The notes below the pieces were generated by a model, which was not told the origin of the DNA, searched no databases, and worked only from the letters and a program-made list of their open reading frames with translations. 64,000 nucleotides of DNA from positions 480,001 to 544,000 of the forward strand of contig CAVVEU010000024.1 in assembly GCA_963747235.1 (NCBI GenBank), written 5' to 3'. Below, piece after piece: positions 20,428 to 31,677 of the stretch (positions are counted from its first letter, which is position 1; every line of letters begins with the position of its first letter). The position numbers and the translations under genes were made by a program. Source of the stretch: an uncultured Candidatus Rokubacteria bacterium (GTDB lineage Bacteria; Methylomirabilota; Methylomirabilia; Rokubacteriales; CSP1-6).

Positions 20428-21212
20428 ACGGCCTGCAGCGCTTGCTGGTCCGCGGCGTGGACCTGGTCAACCGGCGCGGCAAGTCGGTGGGCGTGCGGCT
20501 GGTGAAGCTGACCGGCAAACGGCCGTACGCGATCCATCCCAAGCACCTGGTCGAACAGCCGTGGCACGACTGGTACCTGCCGCACCTCGATCGGGGAGAC
20601 TTCGTGCTGGACGTGGGCTGCAGCAACGGCGCACATCTGGTGCGCGCGGCCACCGCGTGCCGCTCCATCGTCGGCTTCGACTACGATCTGCCCCAGCTCG
20701 CGATCGCGGGCCGGACTATTCGAGAGACGGCACTCCCTCGGGCCCGCGTGCTCGCCTGGGACATCACGGGCGCGTTCCCGTTTCCCGACCGCACCTTCGA
20801 GAAGGCGCTCTTCCTCGACGTGATCGAGCACCTGGTTCCGCGGGTCGCGGTCCTGCGGGAGATCCGCCGGGTGCTGAAGGACGACGGGCGCCTGCTCGTC
20901 TCCGGCCCGAACCGGGAGAACTCCTGGCGCCGCACCCTGCGGGCGGCCGGGCTCTTCTCGTACTCCGACCCCGACCACAAGATCGAGTACACCCGTGAGG
21001 AATTCCTCGCCGAGCTCCGCGAGGCGGGCTTTGAGCCGGAAGGCGGGGTGATGCCGGTGGTGCTCGACACCCCCTGGGCCGGCGTCATCGACGCGGTGGG
21101 CGGCGTCTCGCTCTCCCTCTACGATCGCCTCAGCCGCTGGAAGCGGGAGGCCGCGCTCCGGCGTCCCGAGGAGAGCACGGGCTTCCGCGTCGTGGCCAGG
21201 AAGCGGTCCTGA
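20424..21212 (+). CDS. Class I SAM-dependent methyltransferase
   Basis: ATGA overlap. 'VLDVGCSNG', 'FPFPDRTFE..LFLDVIEHL...RRVLKDDG'. Confidence 0.87.
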   Translation: MNGLQRLLVRGVDLVNRRGKSVGVRLVKLTGKRPYAIHPKHLVEQPWHDWYLPHLDRGDFVLDVGCSNGAHLVRAATACRSIVGFDYDLPQLAIAGRTIRETALPRARVLAWDITGAFPFPDRTFEKALFLDVIEHLVPRVAVLREIRRVLKDDGRLLVSGPNRENSWRRTLRAAGLFSYSDPDHKIEYTREEFLAELREAGFEPEGGVMPVVLDTPWAGVIDAVGGVSLSLYDRLSRWKREAALRRPEESTGFRVVARKRS

Positions 21213-22321
21213 TGCGGGTGGGCCTGCTGCCGGCCCTGGGCGGCGGCATCCGCGCGCTGGCCCAGAGCGGACAGCAGTCGCGCCTCCTCGACGGCTACTT
21301 CCGCCCGTACCTGCGCGCGTTCGACGGGCTCGACTACTTCAGCTACCTGCCGGAGTCCCTCGCGGAGTTCACCGACGACCCGATGCTGCGGGAGCGCGTG
21401 CGGGTTCTTGCTCCACCGGGTCCGGCGGCTCGCGGCTGCCGGGCGGTGCAGATCCCGTTCGCGCACGCGGCCGAGATGCGGCAGTGCGCCGCGCTGCGGG
21501 TGTTCCAGATCACCGGCGTCATTCCGGCGTTGATCGCACGGCGCCGCTTCGGCATCCCGTACGTGACGACGTACGGCTTCTGGTACGCGGAGCTCTCCCA
21601 GCCCGGGCCGAAACGGGCGTTGAAGGGCCTCGTGGAGCGCCTGGGCCTCAAGCACGCGGCGGCGGTCATCGTCACCACACCCGACCTGGCCGCGCGGGCC
21701 TCGCGGCTGGCCAGGCGGGTGGAGCTGATCCCGAACGGGGTGGACACCACCCTGTTCCGGCCGGCGGCGAGCCCATCCCTCGACAAGCCGAAGCGCATCC
21801 TCTACGTGGGCCGGCTCTCCGCGGAGAAGAATCTCCGGGCCGTCGTCACGGCAACCAGCTACGTGGGCGATGATGTCAAGACGGTGATGGTGGGTTCCGG
21901 CGTACTCAAGGACGAACTGGAAGCCCAGGCGCGAGAGACGGGCGTCGCGGTCGAGTTTCCCGGGGTGGTGGACCAGCGCCAGCTCCCCGACGTGTACGCC
22001 ACCGCCGACATCTTCGTTCTCGCGTCCTTCACCGAAGGGCATCCCAAGGTGCTGCTGGAGGCGATGGCCTGCGGGGTGCCCTGCGTTGCCTCCAACTGCG
22101 CGGGTAACCGCTCTCTCGTCACGCACGAGCGCACCGGCCTCCTCTTCGATCCGCACGAGCCGAGGGATCTGGCGCGATGTCTGGAGCGCATCCTCAAGGA
22201 TCCGGCCCTCGGCCGGCGGCTCGCCGATACCGCGCGCGCCGAGGTCGTCGCCCGCTACGACCTGCGCGCGCTGGTCGAGCGCGAGATCGCCCTGGTCCGG
22301 CAGGTGGCGACGGGGAGCTGA
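21212..22321 (+). CDS. Family 4 glycosyltransferase
   Basis: 'IPNGVD', 'YVGRLSAEKN', 'FVLASFTEGHPKVLLEAMACG'. Confidence 0.9.
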   Translation: MRVGLLPALGGGIRALAQSGQQSRLLDGYFRPYLRAFDGLDYFSYLPESLAEFTDDPMLRERVRVLAPPGPAARGCRAVQIPFAHAAEMRQCAALRVFQITGVIPALIARRRFGIPYVTTYGFWYAELSQPGPKRALKGLVERLGLKHAAAVIVTTPDLAARASRLARRVELIPNGVDTTLFRPAASPSLDKPKRILYVGRLSAEKNLRAVVTATSYVGDDVKTVMVGSGVLKDELEAQARETGVAVEFPGVVDQRQLPDVYATADIFVLASFTEGHPKVLLEAMACGVPCVASNCAGNRSLVTHERTGLLFDPHEPRDLARCLERILKDPALGRRLADTARAEVVARYDLRALVEREIALVRQVATGS

Positions 22322-22324
22322 GCC

Positions 22325-23140
22325 ATCCCGCTCGCGTACTACTCGCGCTCGGCCACGACCGAGTTCTGGACCGAGCACTGGGGCGGTCACACCGTGGAGG
22401 AGCTGCTCCGGATCGCGCGCGAGTCGCCGCTGACCGAGCTGATCGAGCGGCACCTTCCCGCGACGGGCCGGGTGCTCGAGGCGGGCTGCGGTCTTGGCCA
22501 GTACGTGCTGCTGCTCCGTGAGCGGGGCCGCGCCGCCCTGGGCGCCGACTGGAGCCTCGAAGCCCTGCGGGCCGGCGCGCGCGCCGGCGCCCCGGTCTCG
22601 GTCATGGACCTGCGCGCCCTGGCCGTCGCCACCGGCGCCATCGCGGCGTATCTGTCCCTGGGCGTTGTCGAGCACGACCCCGACGGCCCCGACGCGATCC
22701 TGATGGAGGCCGCGCGCGTGGTGCCCCCGGGCGGGTGGCTGCTGCTCTCGGTGCCCTACTGGAACGGGCTGCGCCGGCTCGGCGCGCCGTATCTGCGCCG
22801 CCAGGCCCGGCTCACTCGCGCGGCCGGCGGCCAGTTCTACCAGTACGCGTTCACCCGGCGCGAGCTGGGGCAGCGCCTGGCCGCCCATGGCTTCACGGTT
22901 CGATCGTTCCATCCCTACGATCCGGCGCGAGTCCTTCGCAAGGCGCTCCGAGGTCTCCGCGGCGGCGGGCCGCGTCCCTCGCGCGCGGCGCCGGGGGCCG
23001 GCGGCGCTCCCGGGTCGGCCTCCACCGCTCGGCGCGCCCCGCGTCCGGCGTGGCGGCGCGCCGCGCGCGCGCTGCTGTACTCCGGGCCCGCGCTCCGGCT
23101 CTTCGGCCACATGCTCCTCGCGGTCGCGGTGCGGCGGTAG
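22325..23140 (+). CDS. Class I SAM-dependent methyltransferase (start ATC 22325 or GTG 22394)
   Basis: 'VLEAGCGLGQ', 'YLSLGVVEH'. The coding-like N-terminus 'LAYYSRSATTEFWTEHW' is in frame immediately after the upstream TGA. Confidence 0.83.
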   Translation: MPLAYYSRSATTEFWTEHWGGHTVEELLRIARESPLTELIERHLPATGRVLEAGCGLGQYVLLLRERGRAALGADWSLEALRAGARAGAPVSVMDLRALAVATGAIAAYLSLGVVEHDPDGPDAILMEAARVVPPGGWLLLSVPYWNGLRRLGAPYLRRQARLTRAAGGQFYQYAFTRRELGQRLAAHGFTVRSFHPYDPARVLRKALRGLRGGGPRPSRAAPGAGGAPGSASTARRAPRPAWRRAARALLYSGPALRLFGHMLLAVAVRR

Positions 23141-23145
23141 CCGGT

Positions 23146-23154
23146 TGCTATACT
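23146..23154 (+). promoter_or_regulatory. Extended -10 (TGcTATACT) 7 nt before ATG 23162; leaderless-type internal promoter
   Basis: Near-consensus TGnTATAAT, no SD before the ATG. Confidence 0.6.
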
Positions 23155-23161
23155 GCTCGCG

Positions 23162-24104
23162 ATGAGCGAGCCGTCCTTCCATCTGGCGGACCTCGGGGAC
23201 CGGCGCGTGCTCACGGTGGACGGGCGGGCGCACGAGACCCGCTACAGCGCGCGCGTGGTCCGGCTGCTGGTCGAGCGCAAGGGGGCCCGCCGCGCCCCGC
23301 TCTACTTCCCGTTCAAGGAGGAGCGCGCCCGGCTCTTCCTGGATCCGCTCCTGCGCTACCTGCGCGGACGTGGCGCGCGCGATCTCTCGGTCCTCGAGGT
23401 CGGCGCCTCCTTCGGCCACATGACCGAGTACCTGGCCGAGCAGCCCGAGATCGCGGAGATCCATTGCTTCGACACGGATCCGGCGTTCGTGGACATCGTG
23501 CGCGCCAAGGTCGAGGAGCAGGATCTCCGGACGGTCAAGGAGGTCCGGCTCTTCGGCAACGACGAGACGCGGCGGCTACCGTGGCCCGACGGCCGTTTCG
23601 ATCTCGTTCTGGTCGTCGGGGTAGTGGAGCACCTGCCGCCGCGCAACCGCCGTGCCCAGGTGGACGAGTACTACCGGGTGCTCGCGCCCGGCGGCCACAT
23701 CGCCATCCTCGACACGCCCAATCGCCTGTTCCCGCTCGAGACGCATTCGATCGGCCTGCCGCTCGTGCAGTGGCTACCGCCCCGGCTCGCCTACGCCTAC
23801 GCGCGCCTGGCCCGCCCGCGGAAGTTCGGCGCGGTCGAGCTACGAGAGCTTCGTCGCCGACGGCACCGGGTGGCGCAACGCCACGCTGGCCGACTGCCTG
23901 CCCTCCGGTGGCCCGAAGGGGCTGGTCGATGTCACCGAGGCGGCGGGCTACGGCTGGCGCTTCTTCCGCGACACCCCTGGGACCCGCCCCCGCCGGCGCG
24001 CCCTGCTGAGGCTCCTGGCCGGGCCCGCGGCGGTGCTCCGGCTGGCCGGCCGCTCGCCCTCGCTCTGCTTGCCCTACTTCAACCTGCTGTTCCAGAAGCT
24101 GTGA
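23162..24104 (+). CDS. Class I SAM-dependent methyltransferase (indel ~23845)
   Basis: 'VLEVGASFG', 'LPWPDGRFDLV...VVEHL...RVLAPGG...TPNRLFPLETH'. The C-terminus continues in the 23652..24104 frame. Confidence 0.83.
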
Positions 24105-24979
24105 TCCGCATCGAGATCGGGCGGCGCAACTATCTCCTGTACCTGCTGCTGCCGCACCGGCTCAAGTCGCGCCTGCTCACGCCCGCCTCGCGCGCCAAGC
24201 TCGACCGCATCAATCGCGCGTTCAACGAGACGATCTACTCCGGCGCCGGGGCGAGCGCCTACGACCAGATCCACCGCTATGCGGAGGACGAGCAGCACGA
24301 GTATCCGGCGCGCCCGCTCGTATCGGAGATCTGGCCCGAGGGCGGCTACGGCCGCGCGCTCGAGGTGGGGGCGGGGAGCGGCTACTTCACGACCCTGATC
24401 GCCCGACACGCCCGCAGCGTGATCGCGCTCGAGCCGGTGGCCGACATGCAGGAGGTGCTGAAGGCGCGCTGCCGGGCCGAAGGCGTGGACAACGTCGAGG
24501 TGCTGGGCGTCCCCGCGGCCGAGCTGCCCGCGGTCGTGCCCGCGGCGTCGGTGGACACCGCCTTCATCATCCAGAGCCTGCACCACCTGCACGATCGGGA
24601 CCGGGTCTTCGAGGCCCTCGGGCGGATCGTGCGGCCGGGCGGCCGCCTCCTGATGGTCGAGCCCCACCACAATCTGCGGCGCGCGGCCCGTCTCTTCCGG
24701 AAATACCTCGACGAGTACCGCGCGCGCGCGTGGTGGTCCAACGAGGGGAACTGGGCGACGCACGATTTCCTGACGCGGGGCGAGCTCCGCGCGCTGTGCC
24801 GGATCGGCGGCTTCGAGACGCCGCGCTTCTCCGGCTACTGGATTCCGTACTCGCGGCGGCTGATCCGGGATCCCGAGCGGCGCTTCCTCTTCGAACGACG
24901 GATCGGGCGCTGGCCCGTCGTCCGTCACTGGGCGGCGGTGCTCGCCGTCGAGGCGCGCCGCGGGTCCGTGGAGCGATAG
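24101..24979 (+). CDS. Class I SAM-dependent methyltransferase
   Basis: GTGA overlap. 'ALEVGAGSGYFT', 'SLHHLHD', 'RIVRPGGRLLMVEP'. Confidence 0.85.
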   Translation: MIRIEIGRRNYLLYLLLPHRLKSRLLTPASRAKLDRINRAFNETIYSGAGASAYDQIHRYAEDEQHEYPARPLVSEIWPEGGYGRALEVGAGSGYFTTLIARHARSVIALEPVADMQEVLKARCRAEGVDNVEVLGVPAAELPAVVPAASVDTAFIIQSLHHLHDRDRVFEALGRIVRPGGRLLMVEPHHNLRRAARLFRKYLDEYRARAWWSNEGNWATHDFLTRGELRALCRIGGFETPRFSGYWIPYSRRLIRDPERRFLFERRIGRWPVVRHWAAVLAVEARRGSVER

Positions 24980-25774
24980 TGGCCGCGCCCGCGGTGTCCG
25001 TCCTGATGGGCGTCCGCGACGGGGCCGCCTGGATCTCCCGGGCGATCGCGAGCGTGCTGACCCAGACGCTCACGGATCTCGAGCTCATCGTGGTGGACGA
25101 CGGCTCCACCGACGCCACGGCCGCGCTCCTGTCCGGCGTGCGCGATCCCCGGCTCGTGGTGGAGCGACAGGCCCCGGCCGGGCTCACCGTCGCGCTCAAC
25201 CGGGCGCTCGGGCGCGCGCGAGCTCCGCTCATCGCCCGTCTCGACGCCGACGACGTGGCGTTGCCCGCCCGGCTCGAGCGGCAGCGCGCCTTCCTCCAGG
25301 GGCACCCGGAGGTGGGCCTGCTGGGCACCGCCGCGCGGGTGGTGGACGCAGTCCGAGCGCGACGTGGAGATCACCCGGCCCCCCGAGGGCGACCTCGCCA
25401 TCCGCCGCGCGCTGATTCGCCGCAATCCTTTCGTGCACTCCTCGGTGATGGCGCGGCGGGCGCTCGTCGCGTCGGTCGGTGGCTACGACGTGTCCTTCGC
25501 GGTGGCGCAGGACTACGACCTCTGGCTACGGCTGAGCGCGATCACCCGCATGGCGAATCTGGCTGAGCCGCTCGTCGTCCGCCATCTGGTCGCGGGGCGG
25601 GTGACCGCGGCGCGCGACGACGAGCGGCTCCGCGCCGAGGCCCGGGCGCGATGGCACGCGGTGCGCGCGGGCGCGTATCCGCCGTGGGGCGCGCTCTTCG
25701 CGCTGCGCCCGCTGCTGGCCCTGGCCGTGCCCGGCGCGCTGCGCGGGCCCCTGCGCCGCGCCCTCGGCCGCTGA
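24979..25774 (+). CDS. Family 2 glycosyltransferase (indel ~25350)
   Basis: 'VSVLMGVRDG', 'VDDGSTDAT', 'ARLDADD'. Second frame gives 'HSSVM.RR', 'AQDYDLWLR'. Confidence 0.87.
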
Positions 25775-25775
25775 C

Positions 25776-26919
25776 GTGGCCGAGCCCGTACGGGTGCTCG
25801 AGCTGCTGGTCTCGACCGACCTGGGCGGCGGCCCCGCGCACGTCCGCGATCTGATCGCGGGACTGGCCGGGCCGGAATTCCGGTTCACCGTCGGCGGGCC
25901 CGCGGGCGGCGCGCTCCTCCCCGCGCTCACCGCTGCTGGCGCCGACTTCGAGCCGATCGCGGCCGACCGCCTCTCCCCGGGCGCGCTGCGCGACACGATC
26001 CGGCTCGCGCGGGCACGCCGGATCCAGGTCATCCACTCCCACGGCAAGGGCGCCGGGCTCTACGGCCGCATCGCGGCCCGCCTGACCGGCGCGGCCTCCA
26101 TCCATACGTTCCACGGGATCCATCTGGCGGCCTACGGCGGCCTGTACCTCCGGCTGGAGCGCGCGCTCGCGCGATCGAGCTTCGCGGTGGTCCACGTATC
26201 CGAGAGCCAGGCCGCCGAGGCCCGCGCGCTCGGGCTGGCGCCGGCCGGCCGGACGCGCGTCATCGTGAACGGGATCGACGCCGGCTCCGTCCGGGCCACC
26301 GCGGTACGGGCTCCGATGTCCCGGGCGGAGCTGGGGCTCGAGCCCGACGCGCTCGTGCTCGCCACCATCGCCCGCTTCGACCCGGTCAAGCGTCTCGAGG
26401 TGCTTCTGCGCGCGCTGCCGCTCCTCGTGGCGCGAGTGCCCGAGGCGCAGCTCCTGATCGTGGGCGACGGCCCGGAGCGGAACGCGCTCCAGGCGCTCGC
26501 CCGGACGCTCGGGGTGGGGGACCGCGTCGTGTTCGCGGGCGCCATCCCGGACGCGTCGCGCGTGCTCCCGATCGTCGATCTCTACGTCACCGCGTCGCGC
26601 CGTGAGGGTCTGCCCCTGGCGGTGCTCGAGGCCATGGCGTGCGGACTGCCGGTGCTGGCGACCGAGGCGCCGGGCCACGTGGACGCCGTCGAGGCCGGAG
26701 GTGACGGGCCGGCTCGTGCCGCTCGACGACGCGCCGGGTCTGGCCACGGAGGCGGGGCGGCTCCTTCGCGATCCGGCGCTCCGAGCGCGCATGGGGCGGG
26801 CGGGGCGCGACCGGGTGGAGCAGCGCTTCTCGCGCGCCCGCATGGTCGAGGAGATCGCGGCTCTCTACCGCGAGGCGGTGGGTTTTCCTTCGGGGGGCCC
26901 ATCGACCCGTAGCGTATAA
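25776..26919 (+). CDS. Family 4 glycosyltransferase (indel ~26695)
   Basis: 'IVNGID', 'ARFDPVKR', 'SRREGLPLAVLEAMACGLPV'. The C-terminus lies in the 26602..26919 frame. Confidence 0.87.
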
Positions 26920-26920
26920 T
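26915..26920 (+). promoter_or_regulatory. Perfect -10 (TATAAT) 7 nt before ATG 26928; leaderless-type internal promoter
   Basis: Exact TATAAT in very GC-rich DNA, no SD. Confidence 0.65.
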
Positions 26921-26927
26921 CGCGGAA

Positions 26928-27896
26928 ATGCAGCTCTTGATCACCGGCATCACCGGCTTCGTGGGCAGCTACATGGCGGAGCACGCCCTGGCCCAGGGGG
27001 CCGAGGTGTTCGGATCCATCCGCTGGCGCAGCAAGACCGACAACATCGACCATCTCCGGTCCAAGGTCACGCTCATCGAGTCCGATCTTCGCGACCTTTC
27101 CTCGGTGCGCAACCTGCTCGAGACCGCCAACCCCACGCACGTGATCCACCTGGCCGCCCAGAGCTTCGTCCACGCGTCGTGGAAGACGCCGGCCGAGACC
27201 CTCACCACGAATATCCTGTCGCAGGTGAACCTCCTGGAAGGCCTGCGCGGCCTCAAGATGTCGCCGCGCTTCCTCGTCGTCGGCAGCAGCGAGGAGTACG
27301 GGCTGGTTGCGGACGACGAGCTGCCCATCAAGGAGACGAATCCGCTGCGGCCGCTCAGCCCTTACGCGGTGAGCAAGGTCGGCCAGGACCTGATGGGCTA
27401 CCAGTACTGGAAGAGCTACGGCATGCCGATCGTCCGGACCCGCGCCTTCAACCACGAGGGGCCCCGCCGCGGCGACGTGTTCGTCACGTCGAACTTCGCG
27501 CGGCAGGTCGCCGAGATCGAGGCCGGGCTGCGCGATCCGGTGATCTTCGTGGGCGACCTCACGCCCCGGCGCGACTACTCCGACGTCCGCGACATCGTGC
27601 GCGGCTACTGGACGCTCCTCGAGCGGGGCGAGCCGGGCGAGGTGTACAACCTTTGCTCCGGGCGGTCGTGGGCGATCCAGCAGGTGCTCGATTTCCTGCT
27701 CGAGCAGTCCCGCGTCAAGGACATCAAGGTCCAGGTGGATCCCGCCGTCTGCGCCCCTCCGACGTCATGGTGCTCGAAGGGCGATCCCTCGAAGATCGAG
27801 AAGGCGACCGGCTGGAAGGTGGAGATTCCATTCGAGCGCACGCTGAAGGACCTGCTCGCCTACTGGCGGCAGCGGACCTGGTCGTCCTCGCGCTGA
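26928..27896 (+). CDS. GDP-mannose 4,6-dehydratase / GDP-4-keto-6-deoxymannose reductase (Gmd/Rmd) family SDR
   Basis: 'LITGITGFVGS', 'HLAAQSFV..SW', 'SSEEYG', 'PLSPYAVSK', 'RAFNHEGPRRG..FV'. Short compensated frameshift ~27745-27775 (RLRPSDV in the other frame). Confidence 0.88.
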   Translation: MQLLITGITGFVGSYMAEHALAQGAEVFGSIRWRSKTDNIDHLRSKVTLIESDLRDLSSVRNLLETANPTHVIHLAAQSFVHASWKTPAETLTTNILSQVNLLEGLRGLKMSPRFLVVGSSEEYGLVADDELPIKETNPLRPLSPYAVSKVGQDLMGYQYWKSYGMPIVRTRAFNHEGPRRGDVFVTSNFARQVAEIEAGLRDPVIFVGDLTPRRDYSDVRDIVRGYWTLLERGEPGEVYNLCSGRSWAIQQVLDFLLEQSRVKDIKVQVDPAVCAPPTSWCSKGDPSKIEKATGWKVEIPFERTLKDLLAYWRQRTWSSSR

Positions 27897-27918
27897 CGAG
27901 GTCGGGAAGGGCTGCTCG

Positions 27919-29073
27919 ATGGCCGCGGCAGGATCCGTGCCGGAGCTAGCGAAGGCGAAGGTCGCGCTCGTCCACGACTGGCTCACCGGCATGCGCGGCG
28001 GCGAGCGCTGCCTCGAGGTCTTCTGCGAGCTGTTCCCCGCCGCCGACCTCTACACGCTCCTCCACGTGCCCGGCTCCGTCTCCCCCGCGATCGAGAACCG
28101 CCGGATCGTCACCTCGTTCATCCAGCGGCTGCCCCAGGCCGAGCGGCGCTACCGGCACTACCTGCCGCTCTTCCCGGCCGCGGTGCGCGCCTTCGACCTG
28201 CGCGGCTACGACCTCGTGCTCTCGTCCAGCCACGCGGTGGCCAAGAGCGTGCGTGTTCCCGCGGCGGCGCTCCACGTCTGCTACTGCTTCACCCCGATGC
28301 GCTACGTGTGGGACCTCTACGACGACTACTTCGGGCCGCGATCCGGCCTGGCCGCGCGCGTCCTGATGCCGCCGGTGGCGGCGTGGCTGCGGCGCTGGGA
28401 CCGGCGGACGGCGGCGGGCGTCGACCAGTTCGTGGCGATCTCGCGCTTCGTGGCCGACCGCATCCGCCGTGTCTACGGCCGCGACGCGGACGTCATCTAC
28501 CCGCCGGTGGACGTCTCGCGCTTCCGCGTGGACGAGGCGCCGGGGGAGTTCTATCTGGTCGTCTCGGCCCTGACCCCGTACAAGCGGGTGGACCTGGCGG
28601 TGGAGGCGTGCAACCGGCTCGGGCGGCGCCTGGTGGTCGTGGGGACCGGGCCCGAGGACCGCCGGCTGCGGGCCCTGGCCGGGCCCACCGTGGAGCTCCT
28701 GGGCTGGCGCGACGACGCGCAGACCGCGGAGCTCTACGCGCGCTGCCGGGCCCTGCTCTTCCCGCCCCTCGAGGACTTCGGCATCACGCCGCTCGAGGCG
28801 ATGGCGGCGGGGCGGCCGGTCATCGCCTTCGGCGAGGGGGGCGCCCGCGAGACGGTGGTGCCGCCCGGGGAAGGGGAGCCGCCGACCGGGCTCTTCTTCG
28901 AGCGCCAGACGGTCGAGGATCTCGTCGACGCCATCCGGCGCTTCGAGGCCTCCGCGCAGCAGTTCGAGCCCAAGGCCCTGCGCCGGCGCGCCGAGGCCTT
29001 CGACCGCCCGATCTTCCGCGAGCGGATGCACGCGTACCTGCGGGCGCGGGTGGAGGCGTCGACCCGATGCTGA
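27919..29073 (+). CDS. Family 4 glycosyltransferase (WbaZ-like mannosyltransferase group)
   Basis: 'VALVHDWLTGMRGGERCL', 'CYCFTPMRYVWD', 'EDFGITPLEAMAAGRPV'. Confidence 0.9.
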   Translation: MAAAGSVPELAKAKVALVHDWLTGMRGGERCLEVFCELFPAADLYTLLHVPGSVSPAIENRRIVTSFIQRLPQAERRYRHYLPLFPAAVRAFDLRGYDLVLSSSHAVAKSVRVPAAALHVCYCFTPMRYVWDLYDDYFGPRSGLAARVLMPPVAAWLRRWDRRTAAGVDQFVAISRFVADRIRRVYGRDADVIYPPVDVSRFRVDEAPGEFYLVVSALTPYKRVDLAVEACNRLGRRLVVVGTGPEDRRLRALAGPTVELLGWRDDAQTAELYARCRALLFPPLEDFGITPLEAMAAGRPVIAFGEGGARETVVPPGEGEPPTGLFFERQTVEDLVDAIRRFEASAQQFEPKALRRRAEAFDRPIFRERMHAYLRARVEASTRC

Positions 29074-30465
29074 GGGCCTACTCCCGCCTGTTCGAGCAGC
29101 TCATCCTGGTGGGCGACCTGGTGCTGGTCGGGCTCTGCTGGCTCCTGGCCTACTGGCTGCGCTTCCACGTGGCGGGCCCGCCCTTGCCCTACGGCGACGT
29201 GCCGCTGCTCGCCGACTACCTGCTGATGCTGCTGCCGATCCTGCTGGTGTGGAGCGTGTCCTTCCGCGCCTTCGGGCTCTACCGTCCGCGCCGCATCGGC
29301 TCTCACCTGTCCGAGGCCATCGACATCGCGAAGGCCTCGACCATCGGGGTACTCGTCCTGGTCGCGGTGATGACGTTCTTCTTCCGCGGCTACGACTACT
29401 CGCGCGTGGTCATCGTCTACTTCTGGCTCCTCTCGATCGCCGCCGTCTGGTTTTCCCGCGCCGCCTTCCGCGAGGGCCTCCGCTTCGCCCGGCGCCGCGG
29501 CTACAATCAGCGCTTCGCGGTGGTGGTTGGGGACGGTGAGCTCGCCGCCACCGTGGTGCAGCGCATGCAGGGCCGGCGTGACGTGGGCATCCAGGTGCTC
29601 GGGGTGGTGGGCGACGACAAGGACGACACCGGCGGGGCACGCCGGCTCGGCGGCTACGCCGACCTGCGCGCGGTGCTCGACGCCCACACGGTGGACCACG
29701 TGGTCCTGGCCCTCGCCCACGAGGACTACGGGCGGCTCCCCGGGCTGCTCGACGCGGTCGGCGACGAGCCGGTGACCATCCACGTGGTGCCCGATCTGCT
29801 GCGCTTCGCCTCGCTGCGCGGGGGCATCGAGCAGTTCGAGGGCATGCCGTTCATCCACCTGCGGGAGTCGCCGCTCTACGGCTGGAACCGGCTGGCCAAG
29901 CGCGTGTTCGACTTCGTCTTCTCGGCCGCGGTGCTCGTCGTCCTCTGGCCGGCACTGCTCATGCTCGCCGCGGTGGTCAAGCTGAGCTCCCGCGGGCCGG
30001 TCTTCTACCGCCAGGAGCGCATGGGCCTGGACGGCCGGCGCTTCGAGATGCTGAAGTTCCGGACGATGCGACCCGGACGCGGAAGCGCGGACCGGGCCGG
30101 TGTGGGCGGGCCCCTCCGACCAGCGGCGCACCGGGTTCGGCGCCTTCCTGCGGCGGTTGAGCCTCGACGAGCTGCCGCAGTTCTGGAACGTGCTGCGGGG
30201 TGACATGAGCGTGGTGGGCCCGCGGCCGGAGCGGCCGGTGTTCGTGGAGCGGTTCCGCCAGACCGTGCCCGGCTACATGCTCCGGCACAAGGTGAAGGCC
30301 GGCATCACCGGCTGGGCGCAGGTGAACGGGCTGCGCGGCAACACGTCGCTCGAGAAGCGCATCCAGTACGACATCGAGTACATCGAGCGCTGGTCGGTGT
30401 GGTTCGACGTCAAGATCATCGCGATGACGGTCGTGCGGGTGCTGGTGGACCGGAACGCCTATTGA
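29067..30465 (+). CDS. Undecaprenyl-phosphate sugar phosphotransferase (WcaJ-like initiating transferase; indel ~30075)
   Basis: N-terminal TM bundle, 'KRVFD', 'QERMGLDG..F.MLKFRTM'. Second frame gives 'SLDELPQFWNVLRGDMSVVGPRPERP', 'VKAGITGWAQVNG'. Confidence 0.92.
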
Positions 30466-31677
30466 GCGTCCGGGGCGTTCTCCTGGGCGCCTTCGTCGCC
30501 GGCCTCGGCGTGTCCATCACGCTCGCCGAGACCGCGCTGGCCCTCCTCACGCTGCACCTGCTCTGGCGCCTGCGCGATCCGGCCGAGCGCGCGGACGCCC
30601 GCTGGCCGCTCTGGCCGCCCGTGCTCGCCTTCAGCGCGGCGACCATCCTGTCCGCGCTGCTCTCCGGCGATCCGGCGGCGAGTCTCGAGTCGGCCAAGGG
30701 ACTCCTGCTCGTCGCCGCCCTGTACGTCACCGCCGACGCGGTGCGGAATCCGGACGCCGCGGGGCGCTTCCTCTTCGGCCTGACGCTCGCCGCCACCGTG
30801 GCCGCGGTGGTCGGGCTGCTCCAGGTGAGCGTCTGTCCCGGTCTGGGCGTACCCGTGGCGGGGCCGCGCTGGCTCTATCACCGCTGCGACCGCGCGCACG
30901 GCTTCTTCAGCATCTACATGACGCTGGCCGGAGTCCTCTCGCTCGTGCTGCTCGCGACCCTTCCGCGCCTCCTGCCGGGTCGGCGGCGGGCTGCGCCGGT
31001 TCGGGGCGCCGTGGCTCGTGATGCTGGGCGGGCTCATCGCCACCTACACGCGGGGAGCGTGGATCGGCTTCGCGGCGGGTGTGCTGACGGTGGCGGCCAC
31101 CGTGCGGCGTGGACGCTGGCTCCTGCTGGCGGGCCTGGTCCTCCTGGCGGGAGGCGCGCTCCTGGCGCCCCACGAGCTGCGCCACCGGTTCCTCAGCATG
31201 GCCGATCCCGAGGAGGCGGGGGTGCGGGAGCGCGTCTACATGTGGCGGAGCGGCCTCGCGATGTGGCGGGAGCGGCCGGTGCTCGGGATCGGGCCCGGCG
31301 GCGTCAAGCGGGAGTACCCGTCCTACGCGCTGCCGGAAGCGGTCAAGAAGCGAACGAGCCACGTGCACAGCACGCCGCTGCAGATCCTGGTCGAGCGCGG
31401 GGTGCTGGGCCTGGCCGCGTGGCTGGCGATCTGGGCCACCTTCTTCACCCGATGCGTCGGCCTGCTGCGACGGCGATCGGGAGAAGCCACCGCCGAGCGC
31501 ACGCTCGTGGTGGGCAGCCTCGCCGCGATCGTGGCGTTCCTGGTGGGTGGCCTCTCGGAATACAACTTCGGCGACTCCGAGGTGGTGATGGTCGCCTGGG
31601 CGCTGATGGCCCTGCCCTGGGCTAGTAGATCGCGTACGGCTCCGTCGACGACCGCACCTTCACGAAGTACTGCTTGA
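30462..31677 (+). CDS. O-antigen ligase/Wzy_C family membrane protein (TTG start; indel ~30985)
   Basis: Polytopic protein. 'RAHGFF...MTLAG', 'TYTRGAWIG', 'ER.YMW..G..M..ERPVLGIG.G', 'H.HS..LQILVE.G..GL'. Confidence 0.85.

Noticed and set aside
22319-22321. Selenocysteine at the in-frame TGA between GT4 and the methyltransferase
   Set aside because: It sits in a linker position rather than a catalytic Cys site, and no convincing bacterial SECIS hairpin follows.
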